DNA of 64,000 nucleotides, from the NCBI RefSeq assembly GCF_018977255.1, contig NW_024704743.1, positions 61,010,001 to 61,074,000 on the forward strand, read 5' to 3'. Shown one piece after another: positions 25,546-37,133 of the stretch (positions are counted from its first letter, which is position 1; every line of letters begins with the position of its first letter). The notes beneath the pieces were generated by a model that did no database searches, was not told the origin of the DNA, and saw only the letters and a program-made list of their open reading frames with translations. This stretch comes from Callorhinchus milii. Its lineage: Eukaryota. The translations under genes were made by a program, and so were the position numbers.

Positions 25546-27114
25546 CTGTAAAGGAAGAATAGCCTGTAGTGAACACAAAGTACTACAAGTCACCATCCTG
25601 GTGTTGAAGTTTCTCATACGAACTGTAAATTTCGAGAGCCTTATTGCCAAGTGAAAAATATTTTCAAACGCCGCAGATCAGCTTATTAATTAGTAGTGAT
25701 TGACACTGAGAGAAGTTATTTTTAAAACTCATTCCAGAATTCTCCAGATCCCCAGAGGAATCTGGAGATATCTGTTGAGATGCAGACTTGTAGCACAAAG
25801 ACGAAGCAGAGGAAGTAGGGCAGCAGGTCATTATTATTACCACCATTAGGTACCAGCTTTCCATACACAATTTAAAATCCCAATTTAAAATTAATGAAAA
25901 ATTATCCAGGCATTTGGCAGGTTGTTTGGGGTACACACTGGAGCTCAATGATAGCCTAATTCTAATGTGCATGCTGATGAGAGGACAGGAGAGCAAAACA
26001 AGAATGGTTACAGAAGCCCAGAAAACCACCACAAGAAATTTTGTTTTTTGCTGGTTAACACAGATAACAATTTGCATTAACATAGCAGCATTTACTGGGA
26101 GCTCAAGCTGGAGAAAGCAAGACCTGAGGAAGGGGTGGATGAAAGGCAACTAAAGTGCAATTGAAAACATAGGTCTTAAGGCAGACTTTAAAAATAGCGA
26201 TCACCTGCAAAATATAGTCTATAAAATACATAGTCACTGCACTTCACAGTAAATCATGTGACGTGCTTTCAAATGTACTCTTAATGGACTATCTCAAAGT
26301 GCTTATCAAGCACAAGGATTATTATTAATATGACACAACCCATGTCTGTAACAGAAACACAGCCCTAATTATGAACTAATGATTTAATGGCATTTAAGAA
26401 TTGCCTATTCCATCACAATCTTCCAGCTGCACATGACCCTTTTTAGTTAGGTACACGTGCCAGTCTCGGCAAGAGTTTCACCGATTGATTACTGCCACAA
26501 AAGCTCTAGGTTGAGCTGATGGTAGGCATGCTAACAGATTTTCTTTGCTTTGGCATAGAATACAGCTTTATCACACAGTGCACCCCTTAGGATCTCATGA
26601 AACTTATTCTAACCAAGGCAAGCAAAGAAATCACAAACCCGAGGCACAAAACATGAAAGTAATTATTTGGAAAGCTAATTAATTTCCTATGGACTACAGA
26701 TCCCATTATTTTTACACAAATAATGGGAAGAACATCTAAGTCAAACATTCAGTCTGAGTTGAAGATAACCTAGATAACCTAGTGACACCTAAGTATAAGA
26801 TAGTTCTACTGAACCAATGAATGTTTGTCAAGAAGGACTAAAAACCAATTGAGAAACTGACATAGTTTAAAACTGATTTTACACTTCACTACGTTTAAAT
26901 GAGTTGGAAATATCACAAGAGAGTTAGAACTACAGCATTAGTAAAGGTCGATAATTTTCAAGGAAGGTGCTCCTGAATCCAAATCCAGATGGAGGAATCC
27001 AAACTGGAATTTCCAACAAAAAAAATGGTTTGTCTACAAATACAGCTGAGCACTTGATGGCTACCCATGGGTAATAAATATATTATTAGAATGGATACAA
27101 GCATCAACACTTAC

Positions 27115-27236
27115 CATGTCCTCTCGCCCAAAGAATGTGTACACTGCGTACAGGTAGTAATCAAACAGTTGTGACATGCAGTGGATAACATCAAAAGCAA
27201 TTGGTTTCAGGATATTCATCATCTGCATGTATTTCC
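27115..27236 (-). CDS. VPS50: VPS50 internal exon, 122 nt ([41 protein letters not shown])
   Basis: tttttccag acceptor, gtaagt donor, phase 1/0. Confidence 0.97.
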
Positions 27237-27610
27237 CTGGAAAAAGGAAAAGCAACTCTTAACAGAAAATAATCTCTTTGGACCATTCCTCCCATTGTGA
27301 CGTCTTAATACTGTTGAAACAGCAGTAGCAAATTATACTTTTCCACACACTCAGAAGCAAACCTCTAAATACAGCAGATGACATTCTTTTTTGTAATCAG
27401 CTGAAAAGGTCTGTGATATTTTGCCAGTTGCTTCAGACAAGAGAAAATTAATGCCCACTTCAGAATCTGCCTTCTGAACAAAGATGCAAAAATTCATGTA
27501 ACAAGTTGTTTCAATCTTTTGGTGACATAAATTTGTGCTAAAAATGTTAACAATTAGGAAAAAAGAATAATTAAGAAACGTTCTACAAATTATTCAGCCA
27601 CTCAGCCAGC

Positions 27611-28412
27611 ATTATAATAAAAATAATCCTTGCATTTCATATAACGCCTTCTCATGTCTTCGAGACGTCGCAAAGCTCTTCACAGAATATACTGTAAAGT
27701 GAATTGACTGCATATTCAGTGGGCAAAATGCAACAGCTAATTGCGCACAGCAGTGTCCCACAAACATTCGAGGATTGAAGTGACCAATTTATTATTATTA
27801 TTTTTGAAGGAATTATTACCCCCGAAAAGCAATCCTCCTATCGACTAAAAATCGGGTTTCTACTTACTGCGAGGTAAACAGAGGCGTGTGGAGTAAGGAG
27901 ACTTGCCCAACATTTCGCCCTGCTGGGTATCAAACCCAGGTCTCTCGCTTGCAAGGCGAATGCTCTAATCACTGAGCTACAGGACTCCACAATGAGACTA
28001 TTGGCTGTATTTGAGAATTTGTTAAATCTGGGTATTCTGAAATGCTTCATAATTAAAATAAGTGTAGACACACTTGGAGTTTTACTGCTTATATTCCTTG
28101 TACTCTCTGCTAATACTGGTGTGTATCCAAACCTGAAACTAGTGAGAGGTGGCATAGTTTGACTTGTTGTATAGTTTTTCATTCAGTGAGACAGACCATC
28201 TTTCTCTCCCCTGGTGGTTTGATATCTGTTTGAAATGCTAGTGAGAACTGTTGTCCTACAACTCAATGTGCAGCATTGTTCCCCATCTGAATGTCTTTCA
28301 ATCCAATTTTAATTTTCACATACAAGTAAACGATAAATGTTATTCAAAGTAAAATCAGAAAATAAGGAATTAATTTGTTGTTTTGGCTACAGAGATTTGT
28401 TGTAAATAACTG
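27611..28412 (-). mobile_element. Full SINE (27611-27988) with a ~425-bp 5' extension (27989-28412)
   Basis: SINE head, core and tail present; the extension is homologous to 35281-35731. Confidence 0.85.
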
Positions 28413-28439
28413 GAACTGGACTAAGGAAACTTGCCCAAC

Positions 28440-28920
28440 ATAGAAACATAGGACTAGGGCGTTCAGCCCTTCAAGCCTGTTCCGCCATTTATTTAGATCA
28501 TGGTTGATCAACTAATCAACTAATCCTTTCAATTGAAATTTCCCGCTTTCTCCCCATGTCCCTTAATACCCTGACCTACCAAAAATCTATCTACCTCACT
28601 CTTTGAAGGTGTGGATGGTTAGTACCAACAAATCTCTGTAGCCAAAACAACCTAGTAAATCTACTCTGCACCCACTCCAAGGCAAGTACATCCTTCCTTA
28701 AATGAGACCAAAACTGGACACAGTATTCCAGGTGTGGTCTCACCAGAGCCCTACACAGTTGTAGCAAGACTTCCCTACTCTTATACTCTAATCCTTTCAT
28801 AATGAATGCTAACACACCGTTCGCCTTACTAATTGCTGCTGTACCTGCAGACCAACTTTCTGTGATTGGTGTACAAGGACACCCAAGTCCCTCTGGACAC
28901 TAACACATTCCAATCTCTGG
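28440..28920 (-). mobile_element. CR1 LINE 3' fragment with an internal deletion
   Basis: GLEYKSREVLLQLCRALVRPHLEYCVQFWS...RFTRL; CR1 3' end catagaaacatag at ~28440. Confidence 0.9.
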
Positions 28921-29804
28921 AATCTCAGCTGCACTCAAGTAACGTGCATCTCAACACAGAACTGTGGTCCAGACTGATCCAGCTGTTTGTGTTTGCCACA
29001 AGGAACATCTAATAAATACTTTAGGCTCCATCCCCTGTGAATGAAACTCGTCATCCCAATGGCAAGGATCTGGATGACCTTGGTAAGACGAATGTTCCTT
29101 TCAGCTGGCAGGGAACACCATGGCTAATTGCTAGTTCGCACATTAGCATCCACCCCCACATAGCAGGTCTCGAGGCTTCGAGAGCCAGTTGCTTAGCACA
29201 CCAGCCACCTGGCTCTTCCAAATCCATTATACAACCTATTAAAATGCTATCCACCTGGCATGAATGGATGCTCATAATCACAAACCACCCCACTGTGTGA
29301 TAATGCAGAAAAAAAGGAAATGATTCTGTGCCACGAATTGAACAGCAGAAATCTCTTCCCTCCAAAAATAGAAAAGTGATAGTATTATGTGACCTTAACA
29401 TTCAAATAATGAAAAATTGACCTTTAAAAAATGCTCGATAATATTTAATGTTGAAATACTTATGATATTTTGACTTCTAGAATTCAAAATTGCAATACGT
29501 TATTTTAAACTCTGGATCTTCTATCTCCAGTCCTAGCATTCTCTAAAATTGGGCAAACACAGTTTTAACATTCTGCACCAGTTTTCATGGAAGCAGAGGA
29601 AATTGTATGAAACAGATTGCCACCAAAATGCTAAAATATGGCTATGGCTCTGAGATTTCCCTATATGGCAAGCTCCCAATTGGCTTGATCCTGAATGCAA
29701 GAGCATGGCAGATGCCTAGTATAATAACCTAGGATATTCAGATGCACTTCTTGCCATTCTGTTTCACAGCTTCTTAGCACAGATCAAGAAGCAGGTTATC
29801 TATA

Positions 29805-29957
29805 TTATAATAATAATCCTTGTATTTGATATAGCGCTTTATAGTATATTTGAGACATCTCAAAGTGCTTCACAGAACATACAGTAAAGCAAATTGACTG
29901 TATTTTGTAGGAGAAACGCAGCAGCCAATTGCCCACAGCAGTGTCCCACAAACAGTC
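29805..29957 (-). mobile_element. 5'-truncated SINE
   Basis: Tail and Deu-like core only. Confidence 0.8.
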
Positions 29958-30318
29958 TGGGAGGAGGGGTTGGAGAGTTCTCAAAATAAGGGGAAAAAAG
30001 GGAGTAAGATAGCAAGCAGACTGGAATGAGGGCTTCTTGGTTGGTCTGCTCTAGGAACTGAAAAAGTCTCCAGACCTTTCAAAGTGCAGCAGTGAATGAA
30101 GTGCCAAAGTATCACTGCCTCCACCTGTAACAGTTATCCTGTTTCGTTCAAGCACCTGTATCAAAGATGCACTCTAAAATCTACCATCTCTGTGAATATG
30201 TGTGGTCTCTGTCAATTATAATAGTGGAAAACCACCAACAATTCTGTCTTCATAATTACAACAGCCTCCGATCTGACTTCCCCAGGAAAAGTACTCATAA
30301 AAGTATTCATAAAATAAT

Positions 30319-30637
30319 GGAGTCCTGTAGCTCAGTGGTTAGAGCACTCGCTTTGCAAGCGAGAGACCTGAGTTCAATTCCAGGCAGAGGGCGAAACCTT
30401 GGGCAAGTTTCCTTACTCCACACAGAGCCTAATAATAATCCCTCCAAAACCAAAAACAATAATAAATTGGTCATTTTCAATCAACGACTGTTTGTGGGAC
30501 ATTGCTGTGCGCAATTGGCTGCCACGTTCGCCCACAAATATACAGTCAATTCACTTTACAGTGTGTTCTGTGAAGCGCTTTGGGACGTCCTCCCGACGTG
30601 AAAAGCGCTATATCAAATGCAAGGATTATTATTATTA
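30319..30637 (+). mobile_element. Young full-length tRNA(Ala)-like-headed Deu-domain SINE
   Basis: ggagtcctgtagctcagtggttagagcactcgctttgcaagcgag head (D-arm, TGC loop), core, (tta)n tail; ~5 mismatches to 45500-45826. Confidence 0.93.
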
Positions 30638-30639
30638 TA

Positions 30640-31000
30640 AAGCGATTCAATAGGGTATTATTATTATTATTATTAGATACAGAGAAACCATTTCTTCTGG
30701 TGGGGAATCCAGATCCAGGGGGCGTAATCTTAAAATTAACGCTAGGCCATTTAGGAGTGAAATGAGGAGGCAGTTTTGCAGCCAGAGGTTAATGGAAATC
30801 TGGAACTCTTTCCCCAAAAGGCTGTGGATGCTGGATCCATTCCCATTTTCAAGACTGAGGTGGATAGATATTTGTTAGGTCAGGATATATGGGATACGGG
30901 GCAAGGGCGGGTAATTGGACTTGAGTTACAGATTCGCCATGATCTTATGGAATGGTAGAACAGGCTCAAGGGGCTGAATGGCCTTCTGTTTCTATGTCCT
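30640..31000 (+). mobile_element. CR1 LINE 3' fragment
   Basis: tggaactctt.ccccaaaaggctgtggatgc...ttcaagactgaggtggataga; 3' end ggggctgaatggcct...ttctatg. Confidence 0.85.
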
Positions 31001-31469
31001 CAATTCTTTCTCCAGTACATAAATAGCCATTTTTGTCATTTGCAGGATCTGTGGAGCATCATTTCATATCAACATCACCTTTTACATCATGGAGATAGCA
31101 ATCAGCAAATTCTGTCTACATTTAACATGTAGGTGATATGTATCAGCAAGACACAGTCACAGGGGAATGCTGACAAACATGGCATTGAGGGATATGTTCC
31201 TCTTAAAACTGACTAACCCAGAAGCATAGTGCAAAGGACATTTGCTTTAATTCAAGTCCCTGAGCAGTTTGAAGCTTCAGACTGCAAGTCTCAGCAGTAA
31301 AGTCTTTTTGTCAGGCTTTGGCTGAGTAGCAGAACCCAGGGTGACAGGAAAAAAAGAAGCTTCAGGTGACCTTGCAAACAGCTGACAGCTTATGACACTG
31401 GCAAAATTTATCTGAATTACAGCCAGGCTGGACGATAGATGGACAATGTACGTCTTATTCAACTGCTAG

Positions 31470-31985
31470 TGCAATGGAATGTCGGAATCGAGTCAGCCCT
31501 CTGTGTTGGTCTTAGTAGTCCAGTTTCTGAGCCAGGCGGTCCGCAGTATTCCAGGGCACTGCTGATGGTACCACAGCCAGCCTGGCTAAAAGACAGACCT
31601 GGAAGGGCAGACCAGTCACTGGGGGCAGGGAGTCATCCCACTCAGTTCCTGTTAACCCTGCAATCCAAAGCCCTAATGGGTAGGGTGGTCCTAGCTGGAC
31701 AAGCAGCGAAAGCTTGCCGGACAGTGATATCAATAGCAAGCTGTGCGGTTTTAGCTGGTTAATCTTCAACAGTACCCCAATTCACACTCTGGGGTCCCCA
31801 AGCCTTGGCTCTTGCCAACCTGCGACCCAGAATTAGGTGAACAGGATGTGTCCCTCCAGGGAGAGTGCGCATTCCATTCCAACAATCCAGCTCTGGGATT
31901 TCCATGTGTAGGTGGGATGCATGGAAATCTCAGTTTGGTTTAGCATGGTGATGGGTTTCTTCAGGTGTTATGACACACATAAAAA
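31470..31985 (+). repeat. Unclassified interspersed repeat, copy 2
   Basis: ccagggcactgct...cagccagcctggct...cagtcactggg...ttcctgttaaccctgcaa...ccctaatgggtag.gtggtc, shared with 58305-58735. Confidence 0.8.
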
Positions 31986-32091
31986 AATGTTTGACTGTAG
32001 CACTGCTATAGTTTTCTGAAAAGCAAAAATGTAAATTCCTGCCATTCATTGTTGATGCTTTACACCTTGTGATGTGTCCTTGTTGAATGAT

Positions 32092-32092
32092 A

Positions 32093-32132
<40 letters not shown>
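32092..32132. repeat. (TG)n(TA)n(CA)n microsatellite
   Basis: Directly visible. Confidence 0.85.
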
Positions 32133-32839
32133 TTAACATATTTATGCAACAGTGCTTTGGCCATGATGTCAAGGAAACAAGGCTCATTCCCCTCTTCCCT
32201 GAGGAAATGTTTTTTTTTAAAAAAAGGGGAAAATAAATGATTTGTTCACTTGTACTTTAAGTACGTCTATAAATGTGTGCTTATTACTCACAAATCCTGT
32301 AACTGGTTTAGGTTACATTCATTTGACTTGGATCTTTTGATCCCTGTGTTTATACTAATCTGGAGTGAAGGTGCTTAGCTACCACCTTAGACTATTATAA
32401 AGAGAAACACAATTAAACACAACAGGGAAAAAGAGGCTTCCCCCCTCCACCAAAATCATGTCTAACCCTTACAATAAAACAATAAAAACAATAAAAAAAA
32501 GTTTTGTTGAAAGTTCACAGGTTGCTTAGTGAGCCAGTCGAGAGCTGCGAATAGATCACAGCAAGCACTCATATGGGTTGCACCCATTTCCAGTGGTAGC
32601 TGTGACAGGCTGAGTATTTCAATATTCGTACAATCTAAATCTTGTAATAATTCACTGCTTGCTACATCTTTGAAAAACCTATCAAATAGTGTCACCTGGG
32701 ACAGAGAAGAGAGTGCTCAGGCAGACAGATGGTGCTCAGAGTTAATGTTGGGGGTGACTAATTAAAATGCTTATGACTTGTTAACTGATTCACTGCATAA
32801 TCATCATACTGATAGTAAATTTATAAGAAATAAGTAGAA

Positions 32840-33000
32840 TAATTCGATCATGTTTTTGATCTTCAGAGCAATAGGTTATGTTGGTTAAGTAACGGATGGA
32901 ACATAAGGCAGTTTGAGACATATGTGCATGCGACCACCAGGAAGGTGGAAGGCGAACTAGATGGACCATGGTCTTTTTTCATCTAGCATTTCTTATGTAT
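32840..33000 (+). mobile_element. CR1-type LINE 3' end
   Basis: ggtggaaggcgaactagatggacc.tggt.ttttt..tctagcatttcttatg; inverted copies at ~10386-10455 and ~53275-53325. Confidence 0.6.
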
Positions 33001-33072
33001 TTATCACAGACGACCAGTATCACCAACATTTACTGGACTTTTTTAAAAAAAAATTTAAGCTTATTATTAAAA

Positions 33073-33282
33073 ATAATAATCCCTCCAAAACAAAAAACAA
33101 TAATAAATTGGTCATTTTCAATCTACGACTGTTTGTGGGACATTGCTGTGCGCAATTGGCTGCCGCGTTCTCCCACAAATATACAGTCAATTCACTTTAC
33201 AGTATATTCTGTGAAGTGCTTTGGGACATCTAGAAGACGTGAAAAGCGCTATATCAAATGCAAGGATTATTATTATTATTAT
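33073..33282 (+). mobile_element. 5'-truncated young SINE
   Basis: Nearly identical to the 3' two-thirds of 30319-30637. Confidence 0.9.
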
Positions 33283-33549
33283 AAGCTTAACAATGGCATA
33301 AAGAAAGGGATTCCCTGGGGAGCAGTGGGATATTCAAACATCAAACTGCCATTAAGAAGCAGATAATTCACAAAGGGATCCAGGCCTCCTCAACACCAAG
33401 GAATAATCTCTGTGCTTTCTACTGTTGAATCCATATTGTAATCCAAAATAGAATATTTTATTACATGTCTCGAGATCAAGATCCTTAACTCTCCTTAACG
33501 GTATCCTTAACAGTATCCTTAACATTTGCTTGAAAGTGTTCATACTCAC

Positions 33550-33656
33550 CAACAAGTCTTATTACATTCAAGGTAGTGTTTGTTAAGATCAGTGTATTTC
33601 CCTTGAACAGGCTGTAGTCAGACTTCTTTCCTCTTCTCAGGGTTTCTTTGGACACA
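33550..33656 (-). CDS. VPS50: VPS50 internal exon, 107 nt (VSKETLRRGKKSDYSLFKGNTLILTNTTLNVIRLV)
   Basis: Translated by hand (absent from the ORF track); ttag acceptor, gtgagt donor, phase 2/1. Confidence 0.95.
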
Positions 33657-33934
33657 CTAATTAAAATCAGAAATCAAATTAATACATACATGATGATTGA
33701 TACAGTCAACACCAAAATGTGACAGTAAACACTTTGGTTGTTTCAGAAGCTCAATGCTTACCATGATCAGGGTGACAGTGGCCGTCAGCAATTATTTTGC
33801 TCCTTAATCATTACAGCTTTTGAAAGCAGTCAACAAATTAGCTTTAATAAACACAATTACAATCCTTTGCTAATCGGAAAAATAAGAACCAGCTGCAAAT
33901 TCCTTATTTTTTTTACAATAAACAATTACAATAT

Positions 33935-34250
33935 AACAACAAATTCCATTTGTATAGCACCTTTCACATCAGGAGGTAGGGGTTGTTAGGGGATTAGGAG
34001 GTCATAGAGGTAGGGGGGAGCAAATCCATGGAGGGCTTTGAAGGTTAGGACCAGGATCTTGAACTGTATCCTCTGAGTGATGGGAAGCCAGTGGAGCCGG
34101 GCGAGGATGGGGGTGATAGGGTTACGGAGCTGGGTGCAGGAGAGGACACAGGCTATAAAGTTTTGGATGTTCTCAGCCTATGAAGGAAGGAGTTGGGGAG
34201 GCTGACAAGCAGGGAGTTTGCGTAGTCGAGCCCTGTGATTCATAGATGTG
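33935..34250 (-). mobile_element. L2 LINE 3' fragment with an internal deletion
   Basis: Tail tttgtatagcacctttcacatcaggagg joined to aggatcttgaactgtatcctctg (QRIQFKIL in reverse). Confidence 0.85.
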
Positions 34251-34610
34251 AAGGGGACTGCTAACACTGTTCCAAACAAATGTAGACATTTCCTCCTGGT
34301 TGTCTTGGCTAATACTTTCTTCTCAATCCAAATTGGTCCTAAAAATGCAAAATGGCTGCTCTTATCACTGTTGTTTGTAGCATATCGCTGGCAAAAATGA
34401 ACTGTCACGTTTGTCTGAATAACATTCATTTCATTTGTAATTAATCTCATTCTGTAATATACTTCAAGAGTATTCGTTGAAAGATGCTGTATGAATGTAC
34501 GTTTTCCGAGGGGTGGGATGGGGGGTTCAGACAGACGTTTTAAATGGAATATATGTGCAAGTTGATCAAAAACATGCATTTTCAAATTACAAAATGAATA
34601 TTAATTCTAC

Positions 34611-34729
34611 CTTTTCACAGGAATGTCACCAGTTTGTTCATCAACATAGTCTCTTTTAAGTTCTTCTGGGACATCACTGTCACTGTCATACTCTTGGTAA
34701 GCACTCTTTTCCAACTCATCAGACTCATA
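34611..34729 (-). CDS. VPS50: VPS50 internal exon, 119 nt ([40 protein letters not shown])
   Basis: Translated by hand; gtcctcag acceptor, gtagaa donor, phase 0/2. Confidence 0.96.
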
Positions 34730-35280
34730 CTGAGGACAAAAACAATTGCACAGTCAGTTTTCAGTGCTTCACTTCATCACCTACTGCCGCACAGAGGAGG
34801 CTAATTTGTGATATTTCTGAAAATGATTTCTTAAGAATCTGAGTTCCATGAATGGCAAATCTTTCCAGTAATCATAAGTGCGTCAGGCTCACAAGTGGGA
34901 GCATCATTCTGACACAATCTACTTGTCAGGAGCAGAGATCCCAGCAGTCCTCATTAGGGATTAGGAATCCTCTGCTAGTGAATGGAATGTTGGTATTGCT
35001 TAAGCATAAACGTTACGTGTGATCTATGTAGTGTTGTCTGCATATGTACCACTGTCATGGCCAACAATCCCCACAAACAAGATTGGACGCTCACTCCACG
35101 GCTGTTCGCTAGAACATTGCTGTTTGCAAATTGGTAGCCGCATTCAGCTACACCATACACACCAATATCCTGTGAGATGTTTGACGATGCGATAAGGCGC
35201 TATATCTAATGCAAGGATTATTATTATTATTATTAACTGCATCGTGTAGCAACAGACATGTAATGAACTGAAGAAAATCT

Positions 35281-36120
35281 TCAGTATTTTACAACAAATC
35301 TCTGTGGCTAAAACAACAAATTAATTCCTTATTTTCTGATTTTACTTGTGAATAACATTTATCGTTTACTTGTATGTGTAAATTAAAATTGTGCTGAAAG
35401 ACATTCAGATGGGGAGCAGAGCTCAAATTGAGTTGTAGAACAACAGTTTTCACCGGCATTTCAAACAGATATCAGACCACCAGGGGAGATAAGGATGGTG
35501 TTTGGCTACATTTTGGATTAATGTTCTTTCTCACTGAATGAAAAACTATACAGCAAGTCAAACTATGCCACCTCTCTGTAATTTCAGGATTGGATACACA
35601 CCAGTATTAGCGGAGAGTACGAGGAATATAAGCAATAAAATTACAAGTGTGTCCAGATTTATTTTATTTAGGAAGCATTTCAGAATACCCAGATTTAACA
35701 AATTCTCAAATACAGCCAATAGTCTCACTGTGGAGTCCTGTAGCTCAGTAGTTAGAGCATTCGCCTCGCAAGCGAGAGACCTGGGTTCGATACCCGGCAG
35801 GGCGAAATGTTGGGCAAGTTTCCTTACTCCACACGCCTCTGTTTACCTCGCAGTAAGTAGAAACCCGATTGTTAATTGATTGGTGGATCGTTTTTCTGGG
35901 GATAATAATTCCTTCAAAAAAAATCAAAATAATAATGTGGTCACTTAATCCACGACTGTTTGTGAGACACTTGTGTGCACAATTGGCTGCCCCGTTTCGC
36001 CCACAAAATACACAGTTAATTCATTCTGCAGTATATTCTGTGAAATGCTGTGAGACGTCTGAAAGACATTATAAGATGCTGTATCAAATGCAAAAAATTC
36101 AAGGATTATCATTATTATAA
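35281..36120 (+). mobile_element. Full SINE (35732-36120) with a ~450-bp 5' extension (35281-35731)
   Basis: Inverted homologue of 27611-28412. Confidence 0.85.
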
Positions 36121-36956
36121 TCTTGAAGCCTTTTTAGTAAGATTTTTTAAGGACCACAGAAAATGGTTTCAAAGTTAAGGCTGAATTTAACGATTCACCG
36201 AATTCTGGGCAACTCTGAAATGCTATGTTAATGGAGTAAATCTAGAGCCAGGTAGAATTTTACTCAATTAGTCTCACTACCATCTAAATTGTGAGCCGTG
36301 TGTTCCAGGGGAGTAGAAATAATAATAGCTATAGCATTAGATACCATTTCTACAAGTTATGCAGCTTATCAAGTTTAACATGGGAAATTGAAAAGAACCA
36401 ATTATAAACTGGTGTGTCATTAGCAATATAATAACGAGAAATGTAATACTGTGGGTCTACAGTGAATGTTTGTAGTTGTTAACATTCTGGTGTCAAAGGT
36501 GACAATCAGACTTTATTACGCCATAATTAAGCATGTGCTTTTCCTTACGAGCAACCGAAGATGGAATTTATTTATAGCAGATGGTGGTCTGTAAAGGTGA
36601 TAACTGCAGGAACACCTTTCCTTGATTTGTGGGCTGCATCAAAAACCATTTGAAAAAAAGACAAACTCTCAACCACATTTAGTAGCCTATTTTTGCAGCT
36701 GCCAGGAATTAAGCTGCTAATCTATTGAATCAATCAAACACTGACTTCGGCACATATTAGAAATGGTCACATTGTGAAAATAGGCATGATGACAGGTGAA
36801 GATAAGTCCATAAATGTATCTACTTTGATTTGTCTTTAAAAAGCACCACAACGGCTTCTGAATTAACAATTTTATTGCAGATGGTGCCTTTGCTACTCCA
36901 AACCCATTCTAAAAATGTTCCCCTTTACATGTTACTATAAATAGAGACCACCATAC

Positions 36957-37133
36957 CCCATTAGAGGCAAGAACATCTTCTGTTTCATCATCTTTGATGT
37001 CAGTCTGCATTTCAAATGGATTTCCTCCATTACGGCACTGAGCAAACAGGGACTCTGCTGTTGCTGATGTTGTAGTATGTTGCTTGCTGGGTGAGACTGA
37101 AGGGGATCGCGACTGCCGCATAAATTTAAATTC
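36957..37133 (-). CDS. VPS50: VPS50 internal exon, 177 nt ([18 protein letters not shown]...[13 protein letters not shown])
   Basis: cttttag acceptor, gtatgg donor, phase 0/0. Confidence 0.96.

Noticed and set aside
27838..28182. Paralogous 113-114 aa ORFs (with 35538-35879) as a new small gene family
   Set aside because: They run from the 5' extension into the SINE. Hand comparison of the first ~65 codons gave about 13 non-synonymous versus 3 synonymous changes, consistent with neutral drift.
30319..30392. tRNA-Ala(TGC) gene (and similar heads at 35732, 45826, 47159)
   Set aside because: There is no proper acceptor stem and the sequence continues into a SINE body and tail; these are SINE heads.
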